The notes: generated by a model not told the origin, from the letters alone. A stretch of 64,000 nucleotides of DNA from Eledone cirrhosa (GCA_964016885.1 OZ024751.1:30938001-31002000), one strand, 5' to 3'. Counted from the stretch's first letter, positions 26,661 to 39,094 are shown. A program made the numbers and translations.

Positions 26661-27330
26661 CCAGGGCATTTAATTATATAAGATTCCATTAAGTCTCTAA
26701 TAACTAGGAATATGTCAAAAACTTTGAAATAAAAGCTGAATTTTCTGATTTTCCTAACAAATTATGAATAAGAATCAAGTTAGAGAAAGAAAAAGGGAGT
26801 ATTATGTGTTATCTGAACACATTTCAGAAGAATTTCCAATTTCCAATGCAAGCAGCAATGGCTGGTTCAGTTTCAAATTACAAACAAGTGTTACTGGCAA
26901 ATGTAAGTTCAGCCACAACCGAGGGATATGCATATATATATTGCTGTATTAGCTCCAAATGTTTTGACACTTTAATATGCCATCTTCTAATATATCCATA
27001 ACCAAAAGAAAGAACCAATTTCTGACAATGCATGAGTCAGATTAAAACTTTTATTTTTAGTTTATACAGTTGTTTGTTAGGCTGTTTTATATAGACATAT
27101 AGATACATTTGCCCTAAACTTTTATTTATATAATTACGCACACTTTCTAACCATACATTTACACGTGCACATATACATATATGCACATCTATGAGCGTAT
27201 ATACATACACATACACACACCTAACTATTTTTCTTGATAGATTTTTATATATTTCAATTTCTATTTCATTTATCTATATATTTTTTTGATTTTCTTGATG
27301 TGTTTTTCTAAGTATTTGCCCATGTTTTAT

Positions 27331-27408
27331 ATTGCCTCGTCTGACGAACGAATGAAATCGTTTATTTCGTATTCGCCTCATTCGGGAAACCTCTGGTAAT
27401 GAGGTAAT
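27331..27408 (+). ncRNA. Type I hammerhead ribozyme, PLE-associated
   Basis: ATTGCCTCGT-CTGACGA-a-CGAATGA..TCATTCG-g-GAAA-CC-tct-GG-TA-ATGAGGTAAT. 10-bp stem I, 7-bp stem II, GUA triplet. Confidence 0.8.
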
Positions 27409-27429
27409 AATATTGTATTGATTTTATAC

Positions 27430-27465
<36 letters not shown>

Positions 27466-27630
27466 AGATTCGGGCTCCAGCGGCTGAGCTCTTGGCGTTT
27501 CAATATAGCTATACTCTACTAGCACAAGTATTGAGTTCTCTGTTGATTAAAGGTCTATCTAGTTTTAAACTGGTTCTATCCTGATATATATATATATATA
27601 TATAAGTGTCTGTGTATATATACATACATA

Positions 27631-27674
<44 letters not shown>

Positions 27675-27681
<7 letters not shown>

Positions 27682-28377
27682 GACGTAAAATAAGAAAATA
27701 TTTTTTTTAAAAAATTTAAAAAAAATTTTTTTCTTACTTAAATTTTCACTCCAACTAATTAGTTTCTGCAATGGGATAAAGACAGTTACGTAATCCAACT
27801 GTCGAGAATTCATTGCGTCATCAGGAAGTCTATTCTCAGTTAAGTCTCCAGGCAATGCGCGGACACTGGCGGCTCATATAAAAATAATAATAATAATTCG
27901 GTAGATCGAACAGCTTGCGAGGACTGGATTCTATGTACCGAAATTCTCACTGCTTCAAGTCAAATGGCCGATTCTAAAGAATCAATCACGTGACACAGAG
28001 GCTAGTTAGAAGGAATGGGATGGTAAGATGACTGACGCCTACTAACACCCCAAAAAAAATTTTTTTTTTAGAAGTGGTTTTGACAAGTTTGCTCGACAAA
28101 TCAGTGATTTGGAGATAAATATAGATAATTTAATATATCAACTAACATAAGCGCACAGATGCACGCCCATGCCAGCAAATACACAGGTTATGTCATAGTA
28201 CCTAGGTGGTTCAATTTTTTTTAAATTTTTTTAAAAAAATATTTTCTTATTTTACGTCCTTTATATTATTGTTCTGCATTCTCCTGCATTGAACCACCTA
28301 GGTACTATGACATAACCTGTGTATTTGCTGGCATGGGCGTGCATCTGTGCGCTTATGTTAGTTGATATATTAAATTA

Positions 28378-28385
<8 letters not shown>
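27675..28385 (-). mobile_element. PLE-like non-autonomous insertion with two interleaved inverted repeats
   Basis: 27675-27730 is inverted at 28213-28265, and 28120-28215 is inverted at 28288-28385. Contains the hammerhead at 27748 and is flanked by (TA)n. Confidence 0.6.
27748..27829 (-). ncRNA. Type I hammerhead ribozyme with extended stem II
   Basis: Minus strand ACTTC-CTGATGA-c-GCAATG..GACAGTT..AACTGTC..CATTGC-a-GAA-ACTAATTAGT-T-GGAGT. Palindromic stem III, GUU triplet. Confidence 0.75.
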
Positions 28386-28415
<30 letters not shown>

Positions 28416-28444
28416 TCATCATCATCATATATATATAATTATAT

Positions 28445-28594
28445 ACTGTATTTCCTGGCGCCGAAGATGCTTCGTCCTTGACAACCAAAAATTTGAAAAA
28501 AAATAATAAATAACCTTCGCCCTCCAGAATGCATGGTAGATTTTTGAGACTTATTTTAGGAAAAAAGTAATGTCTTTGACGCCGGAAAATACAG

Positions 28595-28596
<2 letters not shown>
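28445..28596. mobile_element. Short TIR MITE
   Basis: TACTGTATTTCCTGGCG / CGCCGGAAAATACAGTA ends, inserted in (TA)n. Confidence 0.7.
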
Positions 28597-28635
<39 letters not shown>

Positions 28636-30358
28636 TTAAGTCGTTTGGAAGCCTCGACAATGCAAATGGGTAAATCTCCGGGTAACAAGATCCGGTGGTG
28701 GAGAGAGAGATGTAAGTGGGTGTACGTTGAGATGCGTGGTGTGTATAAGACGTGTAGAGGAATGAAGGAAAGAGTATAAAGGATAAAATAAAAATAACAA
28801 CACGAGAGAGAGTTACCTTGGGAGAGATTTAATTGTCCCTATATATTTCGGATTCACATCCATCAACTGGGGTTTTTTTCCGGAGTGGGGGGAAAGGTTG
28901 TCTGTCGGAAAGGTGCGAAACGCGTCCTCCGCTGTTTGTTGTTTTGAATATTCAAAAGATATTCAAAACAACAAACAGCGGAGCACTTTTCATCATAATG
29001 CCAGCACAACCACTGTACAGTGTGGACTGGGCACTTTTTGTTGTGGTACCAACACAACCACTTCACCATGTGGATTGGACACTTTTGTGTTGTGGTACCA
29101 AAACAACCACTGTATAATGTTGACTGGGTATTTTTATCATGACACCAACATGTCTACTGTAGTGAGGACTGGGTGCTTTTTGTTGTGACACCAACACGAG
29201 CACTGTACAGTGTGGACTGGGCTTATTTTGTTGTGACACCATCACAACCACTGTACAGTGTGATCAGGATGCGTTTTGTTGTGACACCAACACAACTATT
29301 TTACATTACAGAGTGGAGTTCCACTGAAGCAGTTTAAAATGTATAACTGGTATAACTAAATTTAATAACCAGATTAACTACAGCCATCACACACAATTAA
29401 AAGCAGGTAGGTAATTATTAATATAAGTGGTTAATGTTTAGAAATTTGGTTTAAAAAAAACTGACACTGAATATCTGATTGTGATTTCATTAATTTTTGT
29501 TTGATTAAAACAAATATATGAAGGCAGTCATAAAACTGCTGTTCACAATTATGTTGCAGAATTTTTTAGATGTTATCTTCCACTTTATTTCTTTAAATAA
29601 TAACTTACTTTGGATTATATGATTCAATAATATTGTCATGAACATTATCATCATCATCACCATAATTGTTATCGTCATCGTCATTATCATTATTATCATC
29701 ACAATTTTACATCCTGTTTCCATTACAACATACCTTATACGGGTCGTCACGGTCAAGAATTAGACAAAATAAACAGGTTACACCCTTACTTATATGTTCC
29801 AAATTTCTTGGTTTCTAACATGAACCATATTAGAGAATGTACTCTCGGGTCAAAAATAATAGGGGGTTGGGTGGAATAAGCAGAGGGGCTGGAAAATCGG
29901 TAATTTTTTTTAGGTTGACTCCATTGATTTTTTTAAAAACCAGAATTAATCGTTTAGTTTACATATTGAAACCTCAACCCATCCTATTTATTTCATAACA
30001 TATGGGATTTCTAGTATAATTCTTTTTTGTCATGCATAATGTTTTTTTAATGAATAAAGAAAATTAATTGTTGCAGGAATGCTACCACTTAAAATACAAT
30101 TTTGCCAAAGATGGGTTAGCAAAATTTAATAAACAGGGGAAAGGGTAAGAATTATGGAAGCTTGATTCAATAATAAAATATCAATCATGAGGAGAATTTC
30201 TAGTTATTAAGAAAATTATAACCTAAAAACTATATTAATAAAGACGAAAGGATTATTTTAAAAAAATATTATTAAAAAAATGATAAGCGTAAGGTAAATA
30301 AAACACATTCAAATACATACACCCACACACACATATATATATTATATATATATATAAT

Positions 30359-31040
30359 TTGCGTTGGAATAAGCACGTTTCTAAAATTGTCAAGAAGGCC
30401 GAGGATGTCTTAGCATCACTCAGCAAGACCTTTGTCAGCCGCTCTCCGGCTATCTATTTAAAGCTGTATATAGCTATGGTGCGGCCACACTTAGAATTTG
30501 CATCCCCAGTCTGGAACCCCTATCTTGCTCAGAACATTGACTGCGTGGAAACTGTTCAGAGATGTGCAACCAAGCGAATACCCTCCATCAGGCATCTACC
30601 ATACTCTGAACGCCTTGCTTCCCTGGGCATGGATACATTGAAGCTCCGACATCTGGCAACTGACTTGGTAAACACCCACAAAATTATTAACCCTCTTGCC
30701 AACAACAACCCTGAGTACCTTTTTGATTTCCATGTGTCTAACACACGTGGGCATGCCCACAAAGTCAGAAAACAGCACAGCTCCCATGACTTTCAGAAAC
30801 ATATTTTCACGCTCAGAGTTGCTGAAGCATGGAACAAATTACCTGCATCAGTTGTTAGCTGTGGAGACACTGCATCCTTTAAAACCTCCATGCTTCCTGA
30901 GATTCGCCAACACTACACCTAATGTACCCCTCCATACACATACACACATGTATATCATGACTCATACACTATTCACTTCCCTGACATTTGAACATTATTC
31001 TATGCACCTTTGACAAGTTGTAGTACACCTGAGCACTGTA
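30359..31040 (+). mobile_element. CR1-clade LINE 3' fragment
   Basis: LYIAMVRPHLEFASPVWNPY..VQRCATK..LPYSERL..TRGH..RVAEAWNKLP, a 3' UTR and an (ATT) tail, flanked by (TA)n. Confidence 0.9.
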
Positions 31041-31319
31041 CACAATAATTTCATTATTATATATATATATATCATCATCATCATCATTTTACGTCCGCTC
31101 TTTCCTGCTTGCAAGGGTGGGACTATATATATATATATATATATACATATATGGTGGATTCTCTCGTCGGGAAAAAAAAATGATGGTTCGGAAAGGATCT
31201 TCTTTTTTTTTTTTTAAATAGTAAAAAATTATAAGTGTATTTAGATTCCATGAATGCACATATGTTTCTTGAGACATGCAGCTGTCCTACAGACCTTTTG
31301 ACAGGTGGAGCATGTCGCA

Positions 31320-31894
31320 AACTTTACAGTGTGGGCTGGGTGCTTTTTTGCCATGGCACCTCCACGACCACTTTGCAGTGGGAGGGTGTGGGGGCATATT
31401 GTCTATATGCTTCAGCTTGTACCCATGGGAGGTCAAGTACTCTGTATTACTGTGTGACGCCAGAGGTCACGGTTGTGTGTCATCGCCTTTGAGAGGTGCA
31501 ACTGGGTAAGGTCGGCCCCTATCACCTCATCCCAGGTCTTCTTGGGTCTCCCCACTCCGCGGCTTCCATTGACTTCTAGTGCTCTGCACCTTTTTATGCA
31601 GCTGTCATCCTTCACACGCATCACATGTCCATACCAACGCAACCGCCTCTCCTGCACACAGCATTTGATTCCTCTTATGCTCAGTCTCTCTCTCAATTCA
31701 TTTATGCTTTGCCGTTCGCGTATATTACTGTTACACATCCATCGGAGCATGCAGGCTTCGTTTCTTTCTAATCTACGTAAGGTCTCACTACCATGTAACA
31801 TTGCTGTTCGGATACACGCATCATACAGTCTGCCTTTCATTTTGAGGGAGAAGCCTTTTGCAGCTAGCAGAGGCAGTAGTTCCCTGAACTTCTT

Positions 31895-31898
<4 letters not shown>
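31320..31898 (-). mobile_element. RTE LINE 3' fragment
   Basis: Same family as 10637-11325, ORF 31433-31840. Confidence 0.9.
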
Positions 31899-31934
<36 letters not shown>

Positions 31935-33190
31935 ATATATATATATATACATATACATATATCATCATTTTACGTCCACTCTTCCCTGCTTGCAGGTTGT
32001 TTTAGATGCATTTTAACTCTTCTATAACTATACTTGTAATAAAATACACTTTATTTCAATTAACTAATGAAAAATTTTGAAGAATTTACTAAAATTATTA
32101 ATTATTTTATTACTAAGATAGAAATTTAACATATGATTTTTCTATAAAATTATGTTGGAAGATTTTTATTTAAAATGGTTGGTCTTGTTTCATAGAGGTG
32201 GAGTTGTTGTTGACCAGGTTGTTATGAAAAGGGTTAACCTTGTTTGAAGAGAATGCTGTGATGACATCCTGTTTAATTTAATGCTCAGGTGATTAATCCG
32301 GTGATTCCACTGCAAGCAATCAGTGTATAAACCACGACAATTGACATAATTAAAGAGTTCTTTTGTGTTTCCTTTGTAACTATAACAGAATGGCATGACT
32401 TTAAGACTTGATGACGTTTGCAAGGTACTGACTGTTGTAAATTCATACATTAAACACACATGTGGCTCTTGTAAGCTCATACATACATACAATACACATG
32501 TAGCTCTTGTAAGCTCATACATACTATACACATGTGGCTGTTGTAAGCTCATACATAAAACACACATGTAGCCCTGTTGTAAAATTTTAACAGTCAATAA
32601 CTTAATCGGTCAGTTTTGTACTGAGGACATCTATTTATATATATCATCATCATCATCATCATTTAATGTCCATTTTTCCACATTGGATAGACAAGTTGTC
32701 CCATTGTGAGACAACCCAGATCAAATGACCATGTCTTGCTCATACAGAACTGATTCTGGCTTGATTTCTATAGCTGGATGCCCTTCATAATGCCAAATAC
32801 ATTTACAGTGGGGACTGGGGACTTTTTATCATGACACTTACACAACCACTTTACAGGATTGATTGGGTACTGCTTATCGTGACACCTACATGACCACTTT
32901 ACAGAGTGTACTGGGTGCTTTTTATTTTGACACCTATATGACCATTTTACAGAGTGGACTGGGCACTTTTGGGTTTCAGTCACTAGACTTATATATATAT
33001 ATGTATGTATGTGTGTGTGTATCTGTGTGTGTGTGTGTGTATATATATATGTATGTATGTGTGTGTGTATGCACACATATACACAACCTGAACCGCTTGG
33101 CACCGTGATCAGGATTTTACCTATTTATCTATCTGTCTCTATGTATATGTGTGTGTATCTGTGTGTGTGTGTATATATATATATATATAA

Positions 33191-33444
33191 TATATAAGAT
33201 CAAAAGATGGTTAAATGAGTTCCATGTATTTCATTATGCGCATTTCAAAAACAAATATCATCATGCAATAACATTTGTGTTTTCATCAGATAAAATAGGA
33301 AGACATGATATGAAGGTTAAAAACACTTGTGGATAGTGCAGTTTTAAATTGAAAACACAAATGTTATTGCATGATGATATTTATTTTTGAAATGCGCATA
33401 ATGAAATACATGGAACTCATTTAACCATCTTTTGATCTTATATA
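33191..33444. repeat. Fold-back with ~100-bp arms containing a hammerhead (inverted pLTR-like)
   Basis: 33191-33285 is a near-perfect reverse complement of 33350-33444. Confidence 0.9.
33227..33297 (-). ncRNA. Type I hammerhead ribozyme within a fold-back element
   Basis: Minus strand TATTTTAT-CTGATGA-long stem II-GAA-ATGCGCAT-A-ATGAAATA. 8-bp stem I, palindromic stem III, AUA triplet. Confidence 0.75.
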
Positions 33445-33529
33445 TTATGTATACTCCAGTCCTACAAACTGTAGAGTGCTTCTTATCCGATATCTGCATT
33501 GCTTTATTGTACTACAATAAAACTCACCT

Positions 33530-33590
<61 letters not shown>

Positions 33591-33876
33591 TTTTACTTGT
33601 TTCAGTCATTAGACTAATATATATGCAAGCATGGAAAATGGACGTGAAACGATGGTGATGATGACAATGATATATTATATACATGTGTCTGTGTGTGTGT
33701 ATGTATTTAATATATATATTATATATATATATATATATATGTATATGGGAAAATGTATGACCCCGACGGCGAGCTCAAGCCGTTTCAACGGCTATTTCTG
33801 GACCCACTCTACTACCCTAAGTATTGAGTACTCTGCTGCGTTATGGTCCATCTGGTTCCTTACCACAACTCCTTCG

Positions 33877-33965
<89 letters not shown>

Positions 33966-34016
33966 AAATACATACATATATATATATATATGTCTGTGTG
34001 TGTAAATACATATATA

Positions 34017-34850
34017 TCATCATCATCATCATCATCAACGTTTAACGTCCGTGTTCCACGCTTGCATGGGTTTGGACGGGGGTAGTCCCACTTGAGGCAA
34101 GAGTGATTGTCTTGCTCGCATAGGACTGTCTGGCGGGTTTTCTATAGTTGGATGCCCTTCCTAACACCAACCACATTTACAGTGTGCGGCTGGGAGGTTT
34201 TTACCGTGTTGCCTACACGGCCACATTACAGCGTGGACTGTGTGTTTTTTTGTCGTGACACCTACACGATCTCATTTGTTTCGGCCTGGATGGCGCGGCA
34301 CCAACATAACTTTACATAGAACGGGGTGGTGTGGATGGGGTGGGGGTGGTGGGGGTGGGACGGGGTGTATTTTGTTAGAGATGCCTACTGGCTGGAGTAG
34401 GTTTTACTATATATTTAGGTAAGGCGGGTCTTCTCTGTTACTGAGTACCGCCAAAGGTCTCGGTCCAGTGACATTGTCTTGGAGAGGTGTAAGTGTGTGA
34501 GGTCAGAATTTATCAGCTCGTCCCAGGTTTTTCTGGGTCTGCCTACTCCGTAGCTACCGTCTATCTTTATTGCCCTGCACTTTGTTATACAGCTATCGAC
34601 TTTCATGCGCATCACGTGTCCATACCAACGTAGCCTTCTCTCGAGTAAACAACATCTGATCCCTCTTATCTCTAATTTTTTCCTTAGTTCGTTTATGCTT
34701 TGCCGTTCACGTATATTACTGTTACACATCCAGCGGAGCATGCAAGCTTCGTTCCTCTCTAGTCTGCGTATATCCTCTGCACACAATGCCCAGGTCTCAC
34801 TGCCATGCAGCATTGCTGTTCGTATGCAGGCATCGTACAACCTGCCTTTC

Positions 34851-34852
<2 letters not shown>
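34017..34852 (-). mobile_element. RTE LINE 3' fragment
   Basis: Near-identical to 23441-24246, (CAT)n tail. Confidence 0.92.
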
Positions 34853-34882
<30 letters not shown>

Positions 34883-34922
34883 AAATACATACATATATAT
34901 ATATATATGTCTGTGTGTGTAA

Positions 34923-34966
<44 letters not shown>

Positions 34967-34980
34967 AAATACATACATAC

Positions 34981-35012
<32 letters not shown>

Positions 35013-35320
35013 AAATACATACATACATATATATATATATATGTGTGTGTGTGTAAATACATACATACATATATATATATATATGTGTGTGTGTGTGTAA
35101 ATGCATACAAACATATATATATGTGTGTGTGTGTAAATACATACATATATATATATGTGTGTGTGTGTGTGTGTAAATACATATATATATATATGTGTGT
35201 GTGTGTAAATGCATACAAACATATATATATGTGTGTGTGTGTAAATACATACATATATATATATGTGTGTGTGTGTAAATACATACATATATATATATAT
35301 ATATGTGTGTAAATACATAC

Positions 35321-35352
<32 letters not shown>

Positions 35353-35358
35353 AAATAC

Positions 35359-35394
<36 letters not shown>

Positions 35395-35436
35395 AAATAC
35401 ATACATATATATATATATGTGTGTGTGTGTGTGTAA

Positions 35437-35486
<50 letters not shown>

Positions 35487-35510
35487 AAATACATACATAT
35501 ATATATATAT
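34853..35510. repeat. Compound (TA)n(TG)n-taaatacatac minisatellite
   Basis: Repeated compound microsatellite unit at the 5' junction of an RTE copy. Confidence 0.95.
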
Positions 35511-35989
35511 AAGACAGCAATAAATAAACAAGGTGATGCCTGACAGAGACGTACACAGCAGTTACGAATCATTTGATGATCAGTGATTTCTTGTCATCGT
35601 TAATTATTGGTTAGGTGACAGTAGGAAGAAAGAGTTTCATTATCACCAACACACAGTTGAGTAATGCCGAAAATATTCAGAATTACACATAGAGCTTTAC
35701 TCTCTCGCTTTATCTGTGAGACTCTCTCCCCCCTCTCTCTGTCTATGTGACTGTCTCTCTTCATCTCCCTCCCTGTCTCTCTCTCCACCCCTCAACAACA
35801 GTTGTTACATGTAAGAATGGGGTAGATCATCTCTATAACAAGCACAAATGGGTGGTAGCAGTTGGTCTAACTTAACAACAAGAACAACCACATCAACCAC
35901 AACAATAACAACGAGAACAGCTAAGATATCGATAACAACACCTAAAACAATGAAACGTGATAACACAGACTGTGATGTCATCAATATAA

Positions 35990-36385
35990 GAAGAAGAAGA
36001 ACAACAACAACAACTATAATGATAAAAACAACTATAACAGCAACAACAACAAAAACAACAACAATAACTATAACAGCAACAACAACAAAAACAACAACAA
36101 CAACTATAACAGCAACAACTATAACTATGACAACAACTATAACAACAACAACTATAACAAAAACAACTATAACAGCAACAACAACAAAAACAACTATAAC
36201 AACAACAACTATAACAACAACAACTATAACTATGACAACAACTATAACAACAACAACTATAACAAAAACAACTATAACAGCAACAACAACAAAAACAACT
36301 ATAACAACAACAACTATAACAACAACAACTATAACTATGACAACAACTATAACAACAACAACTATAACAGCAACAACAACAATAA
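35990..36385. repeat. (ACA/ACT/ATA)n low-complexity tract
   Basis: Trinucleotide-based repeat. Confidence 0.95.
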
Positions 36386-36759
36386 TTATTGACTAAAAGT
36401 TTTTCAAATTGTTTCCATGTCTTTTTCTACTAACACCTATGAGTGTATATTTGTAGCTTACACAATACAGATAGACAGAATTACTCATTCAAGTTGTTGA
36501 TGTTGTCGTTTTTAAACTTTACTGCCATTAGTCAAGCATGTAAGGTGACAAAACTGATATCCATGTACTCGTTCGGTGCCCAAGCATTAATTTCTATAGA
36601 GGGTTAGTGGAAGGTATGAGTGACAATAGCCTAGGATTGACTCTGGGCATACTCTTTATTTTAATAGTGTAAAATTACACCCTTATGTACACCCGTTCTG
36701 AACACAGAGAACCAAACTCCCACTGTCATCGCCTCCGTCTCTCCTGCCCTCGTCATCTC

Positions 36760-37260
36760 TCATTATTATGAGCAAATGGGGTCCCACGTGCTGACCGCCC
36801 CATGGCCCCACTGAACAGAATAGAGAAGGGGTTTCCATGCAGGATGATGAGGAAGATGCGCTGGAAGAGCCATTCCAGCTCACGAGGCTCATACCTGCAG
36901 CTAGCTAGCTCTACGCCTATGGTGATGAGTAGGGAGGTGGCCCTAGGGCCAAGGACACCAGAAATCTCCACTGTTACAGGCTTGACTGCAAACTCTGGGC
37001 ATCAACTAGGACAGTTTGAACAGACTCTTCTGGAGAACTTTCAGGTTGGAGATTATGGACAATTTGCAATAATCCTTGGCTTGTGTTGAACAACTGATAT
37101 CATGTCTAGACAGAACTGGCTATCAGCTGGGTCTATAGTAAAGATTGAACCACTACCTTTTTTTAGAAGGGAGGCACAGCAAGTCCTCATCTGACCATGT
37201 CTTTTCTAAGTAGGAGGAAAGGAACTGGGAGAGGGCACTTTTAATGTCCGTGAAGGAACA
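36760..37260 (-). mobile_element. CRE-clade RLE 3' fragment
   Basis: VKPVTVEISGVLGP...EPRELEWLFQRIFLIILHGNPFSIL matches the CRE C-terminal WLFQRISxAIQRGN pattern. Confidence 0.75.
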
Positions 37261-37261
37261 G

Positions 37262-37508
37262 AATAATCCAGAGCTTTGTATGGGATTTATCTCTGGGATT
37301 ACCTTAAACTATAGTCTCCACTATTGGGGAATAGTCCTTAGTTGACTGTCACAGAGTAATCCAGGGTTTTTGTGTGGGGTTTATCTCTGGGATTACCTTA
37401 AACTATAGTCTCCACTATTGGGGAATAGTCCTTAGTTGACTGTCACAGAGTAATCCAGGGTTTTTGTGTGGGGTTTATCTCTGGGATTACCTTAAACAGT
37501 AGTCTCCA
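37262..37508. repeat. 94-bp tandem repeat, about 2.5 copies
   Basis: ttatctctgggattaccttaaac recurs at 94-bp spacing. Confidence 0.9.
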
Positions 37509-38299
37509 GAAATCAGTTGGAGAACTTCTCCTTGTTGGTATTTGTTATGGTTTCCTTTATTTTTTCCTGTTGTTATATATATATTTATAACAACTTGCAT
37601 TATTGTTATTCCAATGTTTTCCCTTCAGTGATGTCCCCTTTTCCTTTATTTGATGTAAACCCCGCTCTATGTGTGTGTATATATATATCTATATATCTAT
37701 CTATATATATCTATCTATATATATATACATGCATATATGCAGTAATACAGAAGACCCCCCCCCCCACGGGTACAAGCCGAAGCTGAAGCATATAGACAAT
37801 ATGCCCCCACCCCCTCCCACTGCAAAGTGGTTGTGGAGGTGTCACGACAAAAAAACACCCAGTATACACTGTAAAGTGGTCGTGTAGGTGCCGCGGTAAA
37901 AAAGCTCCCAGCACTCACTGTAAATGAGGTTGGTGTTAGGAAGGGCATCCAGCTGTAGAAATCAAGCCAAAATCAGTTCCCGTATGAGCAAGATATGGTC
38001 ACCTGATCGGGCATTGCCCACAACAGGACAACCCGTCTAACCCATGCTAGCATGGAAGAATGGACGTAAAACAGTGATGATGATGATGATGATTATATGC
38101 ATGTATATAAATGTGCATATATACATATATAACCAAATGAAGAAGATATATGTATATATAGAGAGAGAAAGAGCCATATATCATACAAGAAACATGGTAT
38201 ATTGTATATATACCAAATACATATTCTATAGAATGGATATATGTGTGTGTGTGTGTGTGTGTGTGGTGTGAGCACATGTACCTTTACATTTATAATCGA

Positions 38300-38337
<38 letters not shown>

Positions 38338-38533
38338 ATGTGATGGTGTGAGCATGTGTTCCTATACATTTGCAAATAAATGTATATATATATATCATCA
38401 TCATCATCATTTAATGTCTATCTTCCATGCTAGCATATATATATATATATATATATATATAGGTATTGAAATTTCCGTTGGAAACAGAAAAGGTCATAGA
38501 AATGAAGAGTGCTCTATGTAAGTATCAGAGCAA

Positions 38534-38709
38534 AATGTAATGTATAAAAATCAATACAATATAATTACCTCATTACCAGAGGTTTCTTGAATGAGGCGAA
38601 TACGAAATAAACGTCTGACGAACGAATGAAGTCGTTTATTTCGTATTCGCCTCATTCGGGAAACCTCTGGTAATGAGGTAATTATATTGTATTGATTTTT
38701 ATACATTAC

Positions 38710-38712
<3 letters not shown>
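38534..38712. repeat. Fold-back with ~80-bp arms, copy of the 27331 hammerhead family
   Basis: 38534-38613 is the reverse complement of 38633-38712. The CTGACGA core sits in the loop and the right part is near-identical to 27338-27432. Confidence 0.9.
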
Positions 38713-38778
<66 letters not shown>

Positions 38779-38851
38779 AGAAAGCTCCAACCAGAATGGT
38801 TGCATTTTTTCAGGGTATGTCAATATTTATTTATAAAACTAATCTGTATTA

Positions 38852-38917
38852 TATTTTATCTGATGAAAGCGCACCATAATCTACCTTGGTGGCCCTTGAA
38901 ATATGTATAATGAAATA
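38852..38917 (+). ncRNA. Type I hammerhead ribozyme, same stem I as the 33227-33297 copy
   Basis: TATTTTAT-CTGATGA-AAGcgcACCA..TGGTggccCTT-GAA-ATATGTAT-A-ATGAAATA. Confidence 0.7.
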
Positions 38918-39048
38918 AATATGGTTTTATAAATATAGTTTCCATTTGTTAATATATTGTATATTTACTCCAATAATTTGTTGAATGCTTTATATCAGTT
39001 ATAAAAATATTTTAGCTTGTTGTATCCCAACAAATTAAATAGAACTTC

Positions 39049-39090
<42 letters not shown>

Positions 39091-39094
<4 letters not shown>

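Noticed and set aside
27675-28385. DIRS-type element with an internal complementary region
   Set aside because: The internal segment order corresponds to inner ends joined, not a circle junction, and a hammerhead is present.
34415-35572. 385-aa ORF
   Set aside because: Microsatellite translation fused to a truncated RTE C-terminus.
35848-36396. Thr-rich 182-aa ORF
   Set aside because: An (ACA)n-type simple repeat.
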